Positions 19,056-28,008 of a stretch of DNA of 64,000 bases are shown here, one piece after another; position 1 is the first letter of the stretch; the number at the start of each line of letters is the position of its first letter. The DNA is taken from contig CAZFJK010000002.1 in assembly GCA_964519225.1 (NCBI GenBank), positions 1-64,000 on the forward strand, in the 5' to 3' direction. The notes under the pieces were generated by a model. The model saw only the letters and a list, made by a program, of their open reading frames with translations, ran no database searches and was not told the DNA's origin. Made by a program: the position numbers and the translations under genes. This DNA comes from an uncultured Methanosarcinales archaeon. Its GTDB lineage: Archaea > Nanobdellota > Nanobdellia > Woesearchaeales > B54-G15.

Positions 19056-19862
19056 ATGGTTGAGATTGAGATTGACTGGACTAAAAGCGTTGGAGAGAAT
19101 GCTTCTATTTATTTTGAAAGAGCTAAGAAATTAAAAAAGAAGCTTGAGGGTGCAAAACAAGCTCTTGCTGAAGCAAAAGAAAAGCTGAAGAAGCTCGAAG
19201 AAGAATTCGCAAAGAAAATTGAAAAGGAAAGAAAAGAAAAGAGAGCAAAAAAGGAAAAAAAGAAAGAATGGTATGAAAAGTTTAGATGGTTTTTTAGTTC
19301 TAAAGGATTTTTGTGTATTGGCGGGAGGGATGCAACGACAAACGAGATTGTGATTAAAAAATATACAGAAAAAGACGATATAGTGTTTCATGCCGATTTC
19401 AGCGGAGCTCCTTTTTTTGTTGTAAAAAGCCAAGGAAAGAAAATCGACAAACAAAGCATAGAAGAATGCGGTATTGCTGCTGGCAGCTTCTCAAAAGCCT
19501 GGCGTTTGGGTTTAAGCTATGTTGATGTTTATTTTGTTAAGCCAGAACAGGTTAGCAAAAAAGCAAAGGCAGGAGAATATCTTACGAAAGGTGCATTTAT
19601 GATTTACGGAAAGAAAAACCATATGAAAGTGGAATTGAAACTTGCTGTTGGTTGTGCTGATGGAAAAGTTATTTCTGGCCCTGTTGAAGCTGTTGCAAAG
19701 CAAACAAAAAATTATGCTGTAATAATTCCGGGAAATGAAAAGCCGAGCTCTGTTGCAAAGGAGATAAAGAAAAAACTTAAATGCGATGCTGATCTGGATG
19801 AGATTATCAGAATGCTGCCTCCAGGAGAAAGCAAGATTGTTAAATTTGTGAAGGAAAAATGA
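19056..19862 (+). CDS. NFACT RNA-binding domain protein (short Rqc2/RqcH-like)
   Basis: Coiled coil, then WYEKFRWF, IGGRDATTNE, FHAD..GAP, GEYL.KGAFMIYGKKN; N-terminal NFACT-N region absent. Confidence 0.88.
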   Translation: MVEIEIDWTKSVGENASIYFERAKKLKKKLEGAKQALAEAKEKLKKLEEEFAKKIEKERKEKRAKKEKKKEWYEKFRWFFSSKGFLCIGGRDATTNEIVIKKYTEKDDIVFHADFSGAPFFVVKSQGKKIDKQSIEECGIAAGSFSKAWRLGLSYVDVYFVKPEQVSKKAKAGEYLTKGAFMIYGKKNHMKVELKLAVGCADGKVISGPVEAVAKQTKNYAVIIPGNEKPSSVAKEIKKKLKCDADLDEIIRMLPPGESKIVKFVKEK

Positions 19863-20116
19863 TACCTTTGATGGAACTGAAAAGAAAGGCTAAAGGATTA
19901 AAGCCAACAGTTCAGATTGGAAAATATGGTTTAACTGATGAAGTACTGAAAGAGATCAATAAACAACTTAAAGATAAGAAATTGATTAAAATTCGATTAC
20001 AGCGCGCATTTGTTCTTAGCAAGAGTAGGAAGGATGTTGCAGAGCAAATAGCCAGTAAAACCGGTGCTAGGATAGTGAGTGTTGTTGGTAATACGATCTC
20101 TTTGTTTAAAGAATGA
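19859..20116 (+). CDS. YhbY/CRM RNA-binding protein
   Basis: LKPTVQIGKYGLT, LIKI, VVGNTISLF. Confidence 0.92.
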   Translation: MIPLMELKRKAKGLKPTVQIGKYGLTDEVLKEINKQLKDKKLIKIRLQRAFVLSKSRKDVAEQIASKTGARIVSVVGNTISLFKE

Positions 20117-20130
20117 GCTTTTAGGATAAA

Positions 20131-20905
20131 ATGGGCTTTAAAGAAATACCGCCGGTTCCTTCTGTTGGGGATTTGATCGATATTGCCTTTAAAAGAGCAA
20201 GCAAAAGGGCAAAGCAGTTAAAGGCAAGGAAAAAGAAAGGCAGGGTAAAAGAAAGCGAGTTGCTCAGAATAGGAATAGTAAGGGATATGCTGATCAGTAG
20301 GCTCGATAAAATTGTTGCATCTTTTCCTACTGTTGATGAGCTTAATGTGTTCTATAAGAAGCTGGTGAGCGAATTTATCGGCATTGTTGAACTGAAAAAA
20401 TCTCTTGCTGCTGTGAGATGGGCAAGAGTGAAGATAAACAATTTGTTTAAGCAAGTCAATGCTCAGATGAAAAAAGTTGATGAAAGCNNNNNNNNNNNNN
20501 NNNNNNNNNNNNNNNNNNNNNNNNNNNNNNNNNNNNNNNNNNNNNNNNNNNNNNNNNNNNNNNNNNNNNNNNNNNNNNNNNNNNNNNACTTTGAATAGAC
20601 CGAATAAGATGAATGATATTGAAAAGTATGCTTGGTTAGCTATGAAGTATGTTGCTGATAGGATCATTTATATTTTTGATCCGACAGAGCCCTATCCTTT
20701 TGAAGAACAAGTTCGGCTTTATAAGCGAATAGCTGAACTTGAAAAAGGAATGCTTGTTTACGTTAGCAAATGCGACTTGATTAGCGAGGAAAAAAGAAAG
20801 GAGTTCTTTAAAGCGATTGAAGAAGCATTGGGAAGAGTTCGCGAAATCTATTTTGAAGAAAAGTTGAAAAAATTGATAAGCGCTTTAAGTGAAGTAAAAA
20901 AATAA
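20131..20905 (+). CDS. NOG1-family ribosome biogenesis GTPase (interrupted by assembly gap 20488-20587)
   Basis: N-terminus FKEIPPVP..LIDIAFKRA and FPTVDEL; after the gap LNRP..MNDIE, IYIFDPTE, SKCD (G4). Confidence 0.8.
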
Positions 20906-21474
20906 TCTGGTTTAAGTTTTCCAAGCTTGGTTGTTTTTCTTTTTATGATTGCTGATTTTACTTTTGCTTTTCTTGCTGCAATGATATCATTTTTGTGATC
21001 TCCTATATAAAGAACTTCTTTTGGCCCGAGCTGAAAATGTTTTATTAATTGCCTTATTGCCCATGCCTTTCCTCTTGCTTTTAGCTGCTCGTCTGCAAGA
21101 ATTGCATTTGGTTTCATGTTGAATTTTTTGCATATATTTTTAACGAATGTAAAAGCATTGTTTGTTATTATCGCTGTTTTGATTCCGCTCTTGTTAAGTA
21201 TTTGTATTATATTTGGTTTGTACGGCTTTACTGTGCTTATGGATTTGAGAAAGGTTTGAATTGCTGTTTGTCTGATTTTTTGTTTTGGTATTTTCGGATT
21301 TAATTTATGAAAATAGTCCGCATTCTCGGTTACGCTTCTGCCGACGAATTCAATAAATTCTTTTTGAGAACGCTTTTTTCCTATAATCCTGCAGATTTCA
21401 GAATAAACTTTTTTCATTGCCTGAAGCGAATTAATCAAAGTCATGTCGAGATCGAAGATGAATAATTTGAACAT
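20848..21474 (-). CDS. HAD-superfamily hydrolase
   Basis: FDLDMTL motif I, ITNN, YIGDHKNDI. Confidence 0.9.
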   Translation of the reverse strand: MFKLFIFDLDMTLINSLQAMKKVYSEICRIIGKKRSQKEFIEFVGRSVTENADYFHKLNPKIPKQKIRQTAIQTFLKSISTVKPYKPNIIQILNKSGIKTAIITNNAFTFVKNICKKFNMKPNAILADEQLKARGKAWAIRQLIKHFQLGPKEVLYIGDHKNDIIAARKAKVKSAIIKRKTTKLGKLKPDYFFTSLKALINFFNFSSK

Positions 21475-21497
21475 TTTAGTTATTGATATTGGTATTA

Positions 21498-21944
21498 TTA
21501 ATATAATTGAAGCGTTTTTTGTTTGAGTATCTTTTTTAATTCTTTATATGCTTGTTTAAATTGTTCTTTGTTGTATCTGATAGATTTTAATGCTTCTTCA
21601 TAACTGCACCATTTATAGTCGGAGTGTTCTATGCTTAGCTTTACTTTTTCCTTACTGTTGGCTCTCACAAGAAAGAAATGCAAGAACTTATGGATAAGTT
21701 CTCCTTCCCATTTGAACCAGTAGTCCCCTTTAATGTCTTTTAAGTGAGCTATGACCTTGCAATCTAAACCTGTCTCTTCTTTTACTTCGCGCTTTACTGC
21801 TTCTTCATAGCTTTCCTCTTTCTCTTTTTCGCCTTGAACGAATTGCCATCCCTCCCAAGTTCCCTGTTTTTTAAGGATAAGGAATTTTGGTTCTGTTTGT
21901 TTTTTATCTTCTAAATCAAAAATAATCGCTACTACGGTTTGCAT
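21498..21944 (-). CDS. NUDIX hydrolase (Ap4A hydrolase-like)
   Basis: Nudix box G..EKEESYEEAVKREVKEETGL; SIEHSDYKW. Confidence 0.92.
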   Translation of the reverse strand: MQTVVAIIFDLEDKKQTEPKFLILKKQGTWEGWQFVQGEKEKEESYEEAVKREVKEETGLDCKVIAHLKDIKGDYWFKWEGELIHKFLHFFLVRANSKEKVKLSIEHSDYKWCSYEEALKSIRYNKEQFKQAYKELKKILKQKTLQLY

Positions 21945-21954
21945 TACTTTTACT

Positions 21955-22740
21955 TTAGATGAATTCTTCTGCGTTTTCATCTTTAGAGAGAATCTTTTCA
22001 AGGTTCTCTGGCCGGCACAGTTCTTCGAATGAGTTGAATAAAAAATCTGGATTTGCCTGCTTCAATTCTTCTTTTGAATAGCGTCCTGTTGGAAAGACAA
22101 CAGAAATAACACCAGTTTCTCGTGCACAAGCTACATCGCGAGGAGTATCGCCAAAGAGAATAATTTTATCGAATGGAAGTGCTTTATTTTTTGGAACGAG
22201 CTTTTTTTTAAGGGCATAGTTAATGGCTCTTGCAACAGCAATGTCAACGAGTTTTGCTCTTGATTTTGCATCATCTCCATAGGCTCCGATATCAAGGTTA
22301 AAATATTGAATAAGATTGAAATATCTGAGTTTGATTTCCGTTGTGCGACGAATGTTTCCAGTAAGGAGTCCGTACAAAATTAGTGGATTATGTGGATCGT
22401 CTGGGCACTGAATCTTACTTCTGATCAGCTGAAGAAAGCGCTCAACTCCCGGACAGACATATTTGTTTTCATTTGGTTCTTTTTCAAGTTCTTCTTTGAG
22501 CAAGTCGGGTAATTCAGATAGCACTAGTCTGGTTTTATACTCATGCTCTTTTTCTGGAATGCCTGTTTTAGACAAAACATCTTCAATTATTTCCTGATCT
22601 GTTCTTCCACCGAGATCAAGTTTGGTGAAATCCTTTTTCTTTTTAGTGGCGCGCTCAAAAGCTCTGGAGAAAGCCCTTCGCGAAGCATTGCCTGTTCTCA
22701 GCAAAGTTCCATCAACATCAAAGAGTAAAAGATAGGTCAT
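21955..22740 (-). CDS. HAD-superfamily hydrolase (phosphoglycolate phosphatase-like)
   Basis: FDVDGTLL, GRTD, LLTGN, FGDTPRDV. Confidence 0.9.
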   Translation of the reverse strand: MTYLLLFDVDGTLLRTGNASRRAFSRAFERATKKKKDFTKLDLGGRTDQEIIEDVLSKTGIPEKEHEYKTRLVLSELPDLLKEELEKEPNENKYVCPGVERFLQLIRSKIQCPDDPHNPLILYGLLTGNIRRTTEIKLRYFNLIQYFNLDIGAYGDDAKSRAKLVDIAVARAINYALKKKLVPKNKALPFDKIILFGDTPRDVACARETGVISVVFPTGRYSKEELKQANPDFLFNSFEELCRPENLEKILSKDENAEEFI

Positions 22741-22748
22741 TCTTTGTT

Positions 22749-23099
22749 TCAGCCAAGATAAGCTGGTGTTGTTGGTTCTTTTTTCTTTTGCTTTTTCTGT
22801 TTTGCTCTCTTTTCGAGTTTTTTGATTTGTTTTGGCTTTTCTATTTTTCCGAATTCCTTTTCATAGTTTTTGATTGCATCGCTGAGCAGTTCATGAAGTT
22901 TTTTTGCATGATAGGGATCGAGCATTATCACGTTGTGTCTAATCACATAATGATGTGCTTCCTTGCTTCTCGGGTCTATTCTCGGAGTTATTGTCTTGAA
23001 GTCGAGAACAAACTGCGTTGGACTGAAGTTTATTGAAGTCTCATGTGCAAAAAATTCAGGACCGTCGATGATGTTCAGGTTTATTCTTTTCTTTTCCAT
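22749..23099 (-). CDS. DUF3467-like conserved hypothetical protein
   Basis: EFFAHETSINFSPTQFVLDF...PYHAKKL..LL...IKNYEKEFGKI; SD GAGGTGA. Confidence 0.7.
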   Translation of the reverse strand: MEKKRINLNIIDGPEFFAHETSINFSPTQFVLDFKTITPRIDPRSKEAHHYVIRHNVIMLDPYHAKKLHELLSDAIKNYEKEFGKIEKPKQIKKLEKRAKQKKQKKKEPTTPAYLG

Positions 23100-23608
23100 T
23101 TGTTTTTCACCTCTTTTTGGCTTAAAGAGAATGCATGTTTTAAATCTTTCTTATCGAAGTCGAATAGAAATCCGCCAGGAATGGCTTTACCTCCCGAATG
23201 AAGGTAGATTCGCCATTCTCGTAGAGCAAAAGGGTCTTTTGGATCAAGAACGTAGTTTAGATAATACCACGATAGCAATTCTTGAGCATGGGTACAATTG
23301 ATTATTTTACAAAAGAGGGGTTTTGCTTTATGTATTCTGCACAGATTGTTTTCTAAGAATATGCATTCGCTATATGGCTTTGAACTTGGCTTTGTTTTGA
23401 TTCGATAGACAAGCTTGTTAAACAAAATGATTTCTTCAAGATAGTTTTCTTTGAATTCTTTTTCGCTGAGATTAAGCAGGTTAGCGATATGTTTGATTTC
23501 TTGTTCAAGAACATAGCCAGAACTAAACCTGCAACAATTTCCGCATTGCTTGCATAGGGCATTTAGTTTCAAGATTTGATTAAGCGGTGTGGTTTTTGTT
23601 ATACGCAT
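23081..23608 (-). CDS. YkgJ-family CxxCxxCC Fe-S/Zn-binding protein
   Basis: CKQCGNCC...CIFL....CRIHKAKPLFC. Confidence 0.88.
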   Translation of the reverse strand: MRITKTTPLNQILKLNALCKQCGNCCRFSSGYVLEQEIKHIANLLNLSEKEFKENYLEEIILFNKLVYRIKTKPSSKPYSECIFLENNLCRIHKAKPLFCKIINCTHAQELLSWYYLNYVLDPKDPFALREWRIYLHSGGKAIPGGFLFDFDKKDLKHAFSLSQKEVKNKWKRKE

Positions 23609-23698
23609 TTTTTATTCTTAAATCTATTAGCCCTAACTCGACTTCTAACTCTAACTCGCAAAAGTTTATATATATTCTTCTCTTTTAAACTCCTTGGT

Positions 23699-25633
23699 AT
23701 GAGAAAAGAGGTGAATAAAATAGCTGAGAAATCTTGGATAAATTCTAACTTACTGAAAAAAGCGAAACGCGATGGTGCACTGCTTGTTTTTGACAGATTT
23801 GAAGCACAGCAACCGCAGTGTAACTTTGGTAAAAGAGGCGTTTGCTGTAAAAATTGTTTTAGTGGACCGTGTAGAATAATTCCAGGCAAAGCTGATTACG
23901 GCGTTTGTGGGGCAACAGCTGATGTTATCGTAGCAAGAAATTTGCTGAGGCATGCTGGTGCTGGTGCAACATGCCATACTGATCATGCAAAAGAGACTGT
24001 TCTTGCATTGTATGAGATTGCAGAAGGAAAAGCTCCAGGCTATGGAATAAGAGATAAAGAAAAACTTTTGATGTTCGCCAAAAAGCTTGGAATAAAAACA
24101 AGCGGAAGGACGCTTAAAGCAATAGCGCGTGATCTCGTTTATGAAATTCTTGAAGATTTCAGACGACAGCAAGGATTATTTATTAAGAAAGAGGGAACTT
24201 ATTTGAATTGGTTAAGAATAAGGGCAACGAAAGAAAGAATAAAAACATGGCAAAAACTTGGAATCCTGCCTGTCAATGCTGATGCTGAAACTTCACATAT
24301 TTTACATCAAACAACCATGGGCTGTGATGCTGATCCTGTTGATTTATTACTTTCTGTTTTGAGGATCGGTCTTGTTGACGGTTACAGCGGATTAACTTTA
24401 GCTACAGATATTCAAGATATTATCTTTGGAACGCCAATGCCAGTGAAATCCGAAGCAAATCTTGGTGTGCTTAAAGAGGATTATGTAAATATTGTTGTTC
24501 ACGGGCATGTTCCTATATTATCTGAAAAGATTGTTGAATGGGCTAGGAAGTTGAACAGTACTGCAAAAAGAGTTGGCGCAAAGGGAATTAATGTTGTTGG
24601 TATTTGCTGTACTGGAATCGAGGTTTTGATGAGACAGGGTATTCCAATTGCAGGGCATGTTTTGCAGCAGGAAATGGCAATAGCTACTGGAGTTTGCGAT
24701 TTGATGATCGTTGATTTACAATGTATCTATCCTTCTGTTGCGAATGTTGCACAGTGCTACCATACCAAGATTGTGACGACGATCGATTATGTTAGAATTC
24801 CAGGAGCTGTACATATTCCGTTTGAGGTTGACAAGGCTGATGAAACAGCAAAAAAGATTGTAAAACTTGCTGTTGATAATTTCAAGAACAGAAGGAAGAG
24901 CAAGGTTTTTATTCCAAAGGAGAAAGCAGAAGTGTGGACCGGATTTTCTGTTGAAGCTATAATCGAGGCGTTGAAAAAGGTTAATCCAAGGGATCTTATG
25001 AAGCCACTTGTTGATGCGATAAAAAGCGGTGATATTTATGGTATTGTAGGCATTGTTGGTTGCAGAAATCCAAAAATGCAGGGAATGAAATTCCATGAAG
25101 AACTTACGAAGTTATTGATAAAGCGGAATATTCTTGTTGTAGGAACCGGTTGCTGGGCGCATGCTGCGGCACAGGAAGGTTTGCTTACGCCAGAAGCAAC
25201 TGAAAAATATGCAGGAGCAAAACTGAAAAAAGTTCTCAAAGTAGTTGGACAGGCAAATGGATTACCGGCATTGCCTCCTGCACTGCATATGGGAAGCTGC
25301 GTCGATAATGGCAGGATTGGGGTTTTACTCGGTATGCTTGCTGATTACCTGAAAGTGCCTATTCCTATGTTGCCTGTCGCAGGTAGTGCGCCTGAATATA
25401 TGGCAGAAAAAGCAGTTGCTATTGCGGTCTTTTTCCTTGCTTTAGGTTTGGCTGTGCATATTAATCCTGTTCCGCCAGTAACTGGATCAAAGCTAGTGAC
25501 GAAAGTACTGACAAAAGATCTTGAGGAAATAACCGGAGGAAAAGTTTTGCTGGCTGAAACGCCGGAAAAAGCTGCAAGAGCCATAATAGCGCACATAAGA
25601 AAGAAGAGAAAAGAGCTTGGATTAAGGATGTAA
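23699..25633 (+). CDS. cooS: Anaerobic Ni,Fe carbon monoxide dehydrogenase catalytic subunit
   Basis: D/B-cluster QPQCNFG..GVCCKNCFSGPC...CGA; HTDH; C-cluster ligands HGH, CCTG, VGC, TGCW, HMGSCVDN; EKA. Exact start uncertain. Confidence 0.96.
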   Translation: MRKEVNKIAEKSWINSNLLKKAKRDGALLVFDRFEAQQPQCNFGKRGVCCKNCFSGPCRIIPGKADYGVCGATADVIVARNLLRHAGAGATCHTDHAKETVLALYEIAEGKAPGYGIRDKEKLLMFAKKLGIKTSGRTLKAIARDLVYEILEDFRRQQGLFIKKEGTYLNWLRIRATKERIKTWQKLGILPVNADAETSHILHQTTMGCDADPVDLLLSVLRIGLVDGYSGLTLATDIQDIIFGTPMPVKSEANLGVLKEDYVNIVVHGHVPILSEKIVEWARKLNSTAKRVGAKGINVVGICCTGIEVLMRQGIPIAGHVLQQEMAIATGVCDLMIVDLQCIYPSVANVAQCYHTKIVTTIDYVRIPGAVHIPFEVDKADETAKKIVKLAVDNFKNRRKSKVFIPKEKAEVWTGFSVEAIIEALKKVNPRDLMKPLVDAIKSGDIYGIVGIVGCRNPKMQGMKFHEELTKLLIKRNILVVGTGCWAHAAAQEGLLTPEATEKYAGAKLKKVLKVVGQANGLPALPPALHMGSCVDNGRIGVLLGMLADYLKVPIPMLPVAGSAPEYMAEKAVAIAVFFLALGLAVHINPVPPVTGSKLVTKVLTKDLEEITGGKVLLAETPEKAARAIIAHIRKKRKELGLRM

Positions 25634-25639
25634 AAGGAA

Positions 25640-25752
25640 ATATATCTTTCATCGAGGTTTTTAATCCGAAGAAATTTTCCTTTCCTGATTCTTTCAAGTT
25701 TTTCTAAGTATTCTTTTTTAGCTTTTGGTTCTTTTTCGATCATTGATTCCAT
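25640..25752 (-). pseudogene. Possible remnant of a small antitoxin-like gene (DUF2683-like C-terminus)
   Basis: EPKAKKEYLEKLERIRKGKFLRIKNLDERY looks like natural protein, but the frame has no local stop and runs antisense into cooS. Confidence 0.3.
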
Positions 25753-25777
25753 AGTTCTATTTGTTTACTCACACTCG

Positions 25778-26554
25778 TTATTTAATATTGTTTTTAATCA
25801 TTTGAATTTTTGAGAAAAGAAGCGAATCTTTCGGCAAGCCTTTATCTGCTAGATCAGATGACCTTATCTTATCGTCGTATGGCAGAACTGCAAGTACAGG
25901 TAATCCAAGGATTTTAATTTCTTTTTCAATGAATTTTCTATCTTTTTCATCTTTAATTTTGTTAATTATTACATATATGTTCTTTATTCCAGACTCTTTG
26001 GCTAATTCTTTGATTTTTCTCGCTGTATCGATCGAGTTTGTACTTGGTTCGACAATAATAAGCAAAGCATCGATGTTTTTTATTGTTCCTCTACCGAGAT
26101 GTTCGAGTCCTGCTTCCATGTCGAGTATTATAATTTCTTTTCTTTCTGAAAGCAGGTGATCGATAAATGCTTTAAGTAATGCGTTTTCTGGACAGAAACA
26201 ACCTTGGCCTGCTTTTTTTATTGTTCCGAGAACAAGAGCATATATATTGTTATTACTAAGCTTTATTGCGTACTTATCGAGGAGATCATCTACTTTTGGT
26301 GTTAAGCTGAACAGTGCGCCATAGGAAGTGCCGGGTTTTGCTCCTGTTCTCTCTTCAATAAGATCGTACATTTCAGATAAGGGCGTTATTTTTTCGCGTA
26401 TTTCCTTTGCGATGCCGAATGCAGAAAGAAGATTGCTATCTGGATCAGCATCTATGGCTATGACTTTTTTATTTTCTTGAGCAAATGCCAATGCAAGTGC
26501 TGCGGCAATCGTTGTTTTGCCAACCCCGCCTTTGCCTGTGATTGCGAGTTTCAT
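25778..26554 (-). CDS. cooC: CODH nickel-insertion ATPase CooC
   Basis: GKGGVGKTT, IDADPD, GCFCP (CxC), DMEAGLEHLGRG. Confidence 0.95.
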   Translation of the reverse strand: MKLAITGKGGVGKTTIAAALALAFAQENKKVIAIDADPDSNLLSAFGIAKEIREKITPLSEMYDLIEERTGAKPGTSYGALFSLTPKVDDLLDKYAIKLSNNNIYALVLGTIKKAGQGCFCPENALLKAFIDHLLSERKEIIILDMEAGLEHLGRGTIKNIDALLIIVEPSTNSIDTARKIKELAKESGIKNIYVIINKIKDEKDRKFIEKEIKILGLPVLAVLPYDDKIRSSDLADKGLPKDSLLFSKIQMIKNNIK

Positions 26555-26562
26555 TATTTGAT

Positions 26563-26736
26563 TTATTCAAAAACTATTTTGTGTTTTATGAAATCAATAT
26601 AAAGAAGCTTACCCTGGATTTCTTTTGAGTTTCCTTTGATGTCTTCTAAAATGAAGTCGCCATCGTTTTTAACCTTAAGCACTGCGACGTTCTCCATTAT
26701 TTTCTCATTACCTTTGAATGCATTAGATTCGCACAT
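26563..26736 (-). CDS. cooT: CooT-family nickel-binding protein
   Basis: 57 aa starting MCES (Cys2), MENV, LEDIKG, IDFIKHKI; SD GAGGTGA; directly upstream of cooC. Confidence 0.85.
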   Translation of the reverse strand: MCESNAFKGNEKIMENVAVLKVKNDGDFILEDIKGNSKEIQGKLLYIDFIKHKIVFE

Positions 26737-26743
26737 ATCTTTC

Positions 26744-26803
26744 ACCTCATTAACCGCATGGTACGAAGCTCATTGCCGAGTGCGAGTATTTGCGGTTTGA
26801 GGC
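26744..26803 (-). promoter_or_regulatory. Structured leader whose basal helix pairs with the cooT Shine-Dalgarno
   Basis: Minus strand: CCTCA-AACCGCA...TGCGGTT-AA-TGAGG(TGA), SD within the 3' arm. Confidence 0.5.
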
Positions 26804-26858
26804 ATTTGTTTTATCAATTAGCTTTCATTTAAAAAGATTGGCCTGAAGAAATAGAACT

Positions 26859-27887
26859 TCAATTCAAAATTCTATAGCGACCAATGCCAAGACTTTCATT
26901 TGTGATTTGCATACTTTCTTCTTTGCTTGCGATATTAAACATAGCTCTTATAGCGTCTATATTTTCAGGTATTACTATTGCTTCCTGAGGTATTGCTTGA
27001 ATTAAATAAAGTTCATTATCAATGATTGCTATGCTATCTTTCCATATGATATTCTCGAATAAATCATAACGAAACCTTATCTCTCTTGCGAACTCTACCA
27101 CTTTTGCTATTGAAGTAAACCCATCTTTACTTGATATAAGCATTATTCTTGGCTCTGCTTTTAGTACTTCAATAATATCTTCTGCCTTTACCTGATCTTC
27201 AAGTTCAATGTTTAGTGCATGGACGTGCATAAGCGTGGTTGGAACCTTGAAAGCGACTGTTGTTATATCCACATCAAGAACGGTTTGAACATCAGGACCG
27301 TGATGAGATGGTATGGTTATCGGGTCCGGCATGATGTTATTAACAAGGCCCTTTTTATCATCTTTTGGATCAACAACACGTCTTATCATTGTTGCCCTTA
27401 CTTTCCTAACGCCATAGTTCTGGTTTATGGTATACAATAATCTAACTAGGCCAGTAGTATTACAGCTTACAACCCTAACGTAATCTTTTCCGATGGCTTG
27501 TTCGTAGTTTGCGAGAGCATTGAAAGACACTTCTGCAACATCTTTTTTCTCACCGCCTTGAAATATTGCTTTTATTCCAGCTTTTTCATAATATTTTGCT
27601 TTGTTTTCAGCTCCAGCTTTTTTAGGACTGCAATCGACAACAATGTCTGCTTCTTGGATAAGGTCTTCTATAGTTCCCTTAACAGAAATACCTTCTTTTT
27701 TAAAACTTTCAATCTTTTCAGGAGTAGCGGCATAAAGTTCAAAGCATTTTTGTATGGCAAGTTTTGCTTCGTAATCAGGTTTGGTCTTTGTAACGCCAAC
27801 GACTTCCATGTCTTCTTGGCAATTTACAGCATCTGCAACGCGCTTGCCGATAGTGCCATATCCATGAACAGCAACCTTTATTTTCAT
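26859..27887 (-). CDS. gap: Archaeal (type II) glyceraldehyde-3-phosphate dehydrogenase
   Basis: GYGTIGKRVADA, FQGGEK, RVVSCNTTGL, PSHHGPDV, IPENIDAIRAM. Confidence 0.97.
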   Translation of the reverse strand: MKIKVAVHGYGTIGKRVADAVNCQEDMEVVGVTKTKPDYEAKLAIQKCFELYAATPEKIESFKKEGISVKGTIEDLIQEADIVVDCSPKKAGAENKAKYYEKAGIKAIFQGGEKKDVAEVSFNALANYEQAIGKDYVRVVSCNTTGLVRLLYTINQNYGVRKVRATMIRRVVDPKDDKKGLVNNIMPDPITIPSHHGPDVQTVLDVDITTVAFKVPTTLMHVHALNIELEDQVKAEDIIEVLKAEPRIMLISSKDGFTSIAKVVEFAREIRFRYDLFENIIWKDSIAIIDNELYLIQAIPQEAIVIPENIDAIRAMFNIASKEESMQITNESLGIGRYRILN

Positions 27888-28008
27888 TCGCCCTCCACCA
27901 AACAAAGCAACACTGGGTTAAAAATTTTTTGTATGTTCATTTCACAACATTTAAATATTATTTTCTTTCCGCATGAATAGCTTGTTTAGAGAAGGAGGTG
28001 GTTAGAGC

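Noticed and set aside
20131..20905. NOG1 as a frameshifted pseudogene or split gene
   Set aside because: The frame change coincides with a 100-N placeholder gap where the G1-G3 motifs should be.
26748..26792. Twister-ribozyme-like or archaeal SECIS-like pattern on the plus strand (UAA..GC..GUACGAAGC..GAGUA)
   Set aside because: The P2 and pseudoknot pairings needed for twister are incomplete, the GAA/A SECIS geometry is not met, and no in-frame UGA selenoprotein was noticed nearby.
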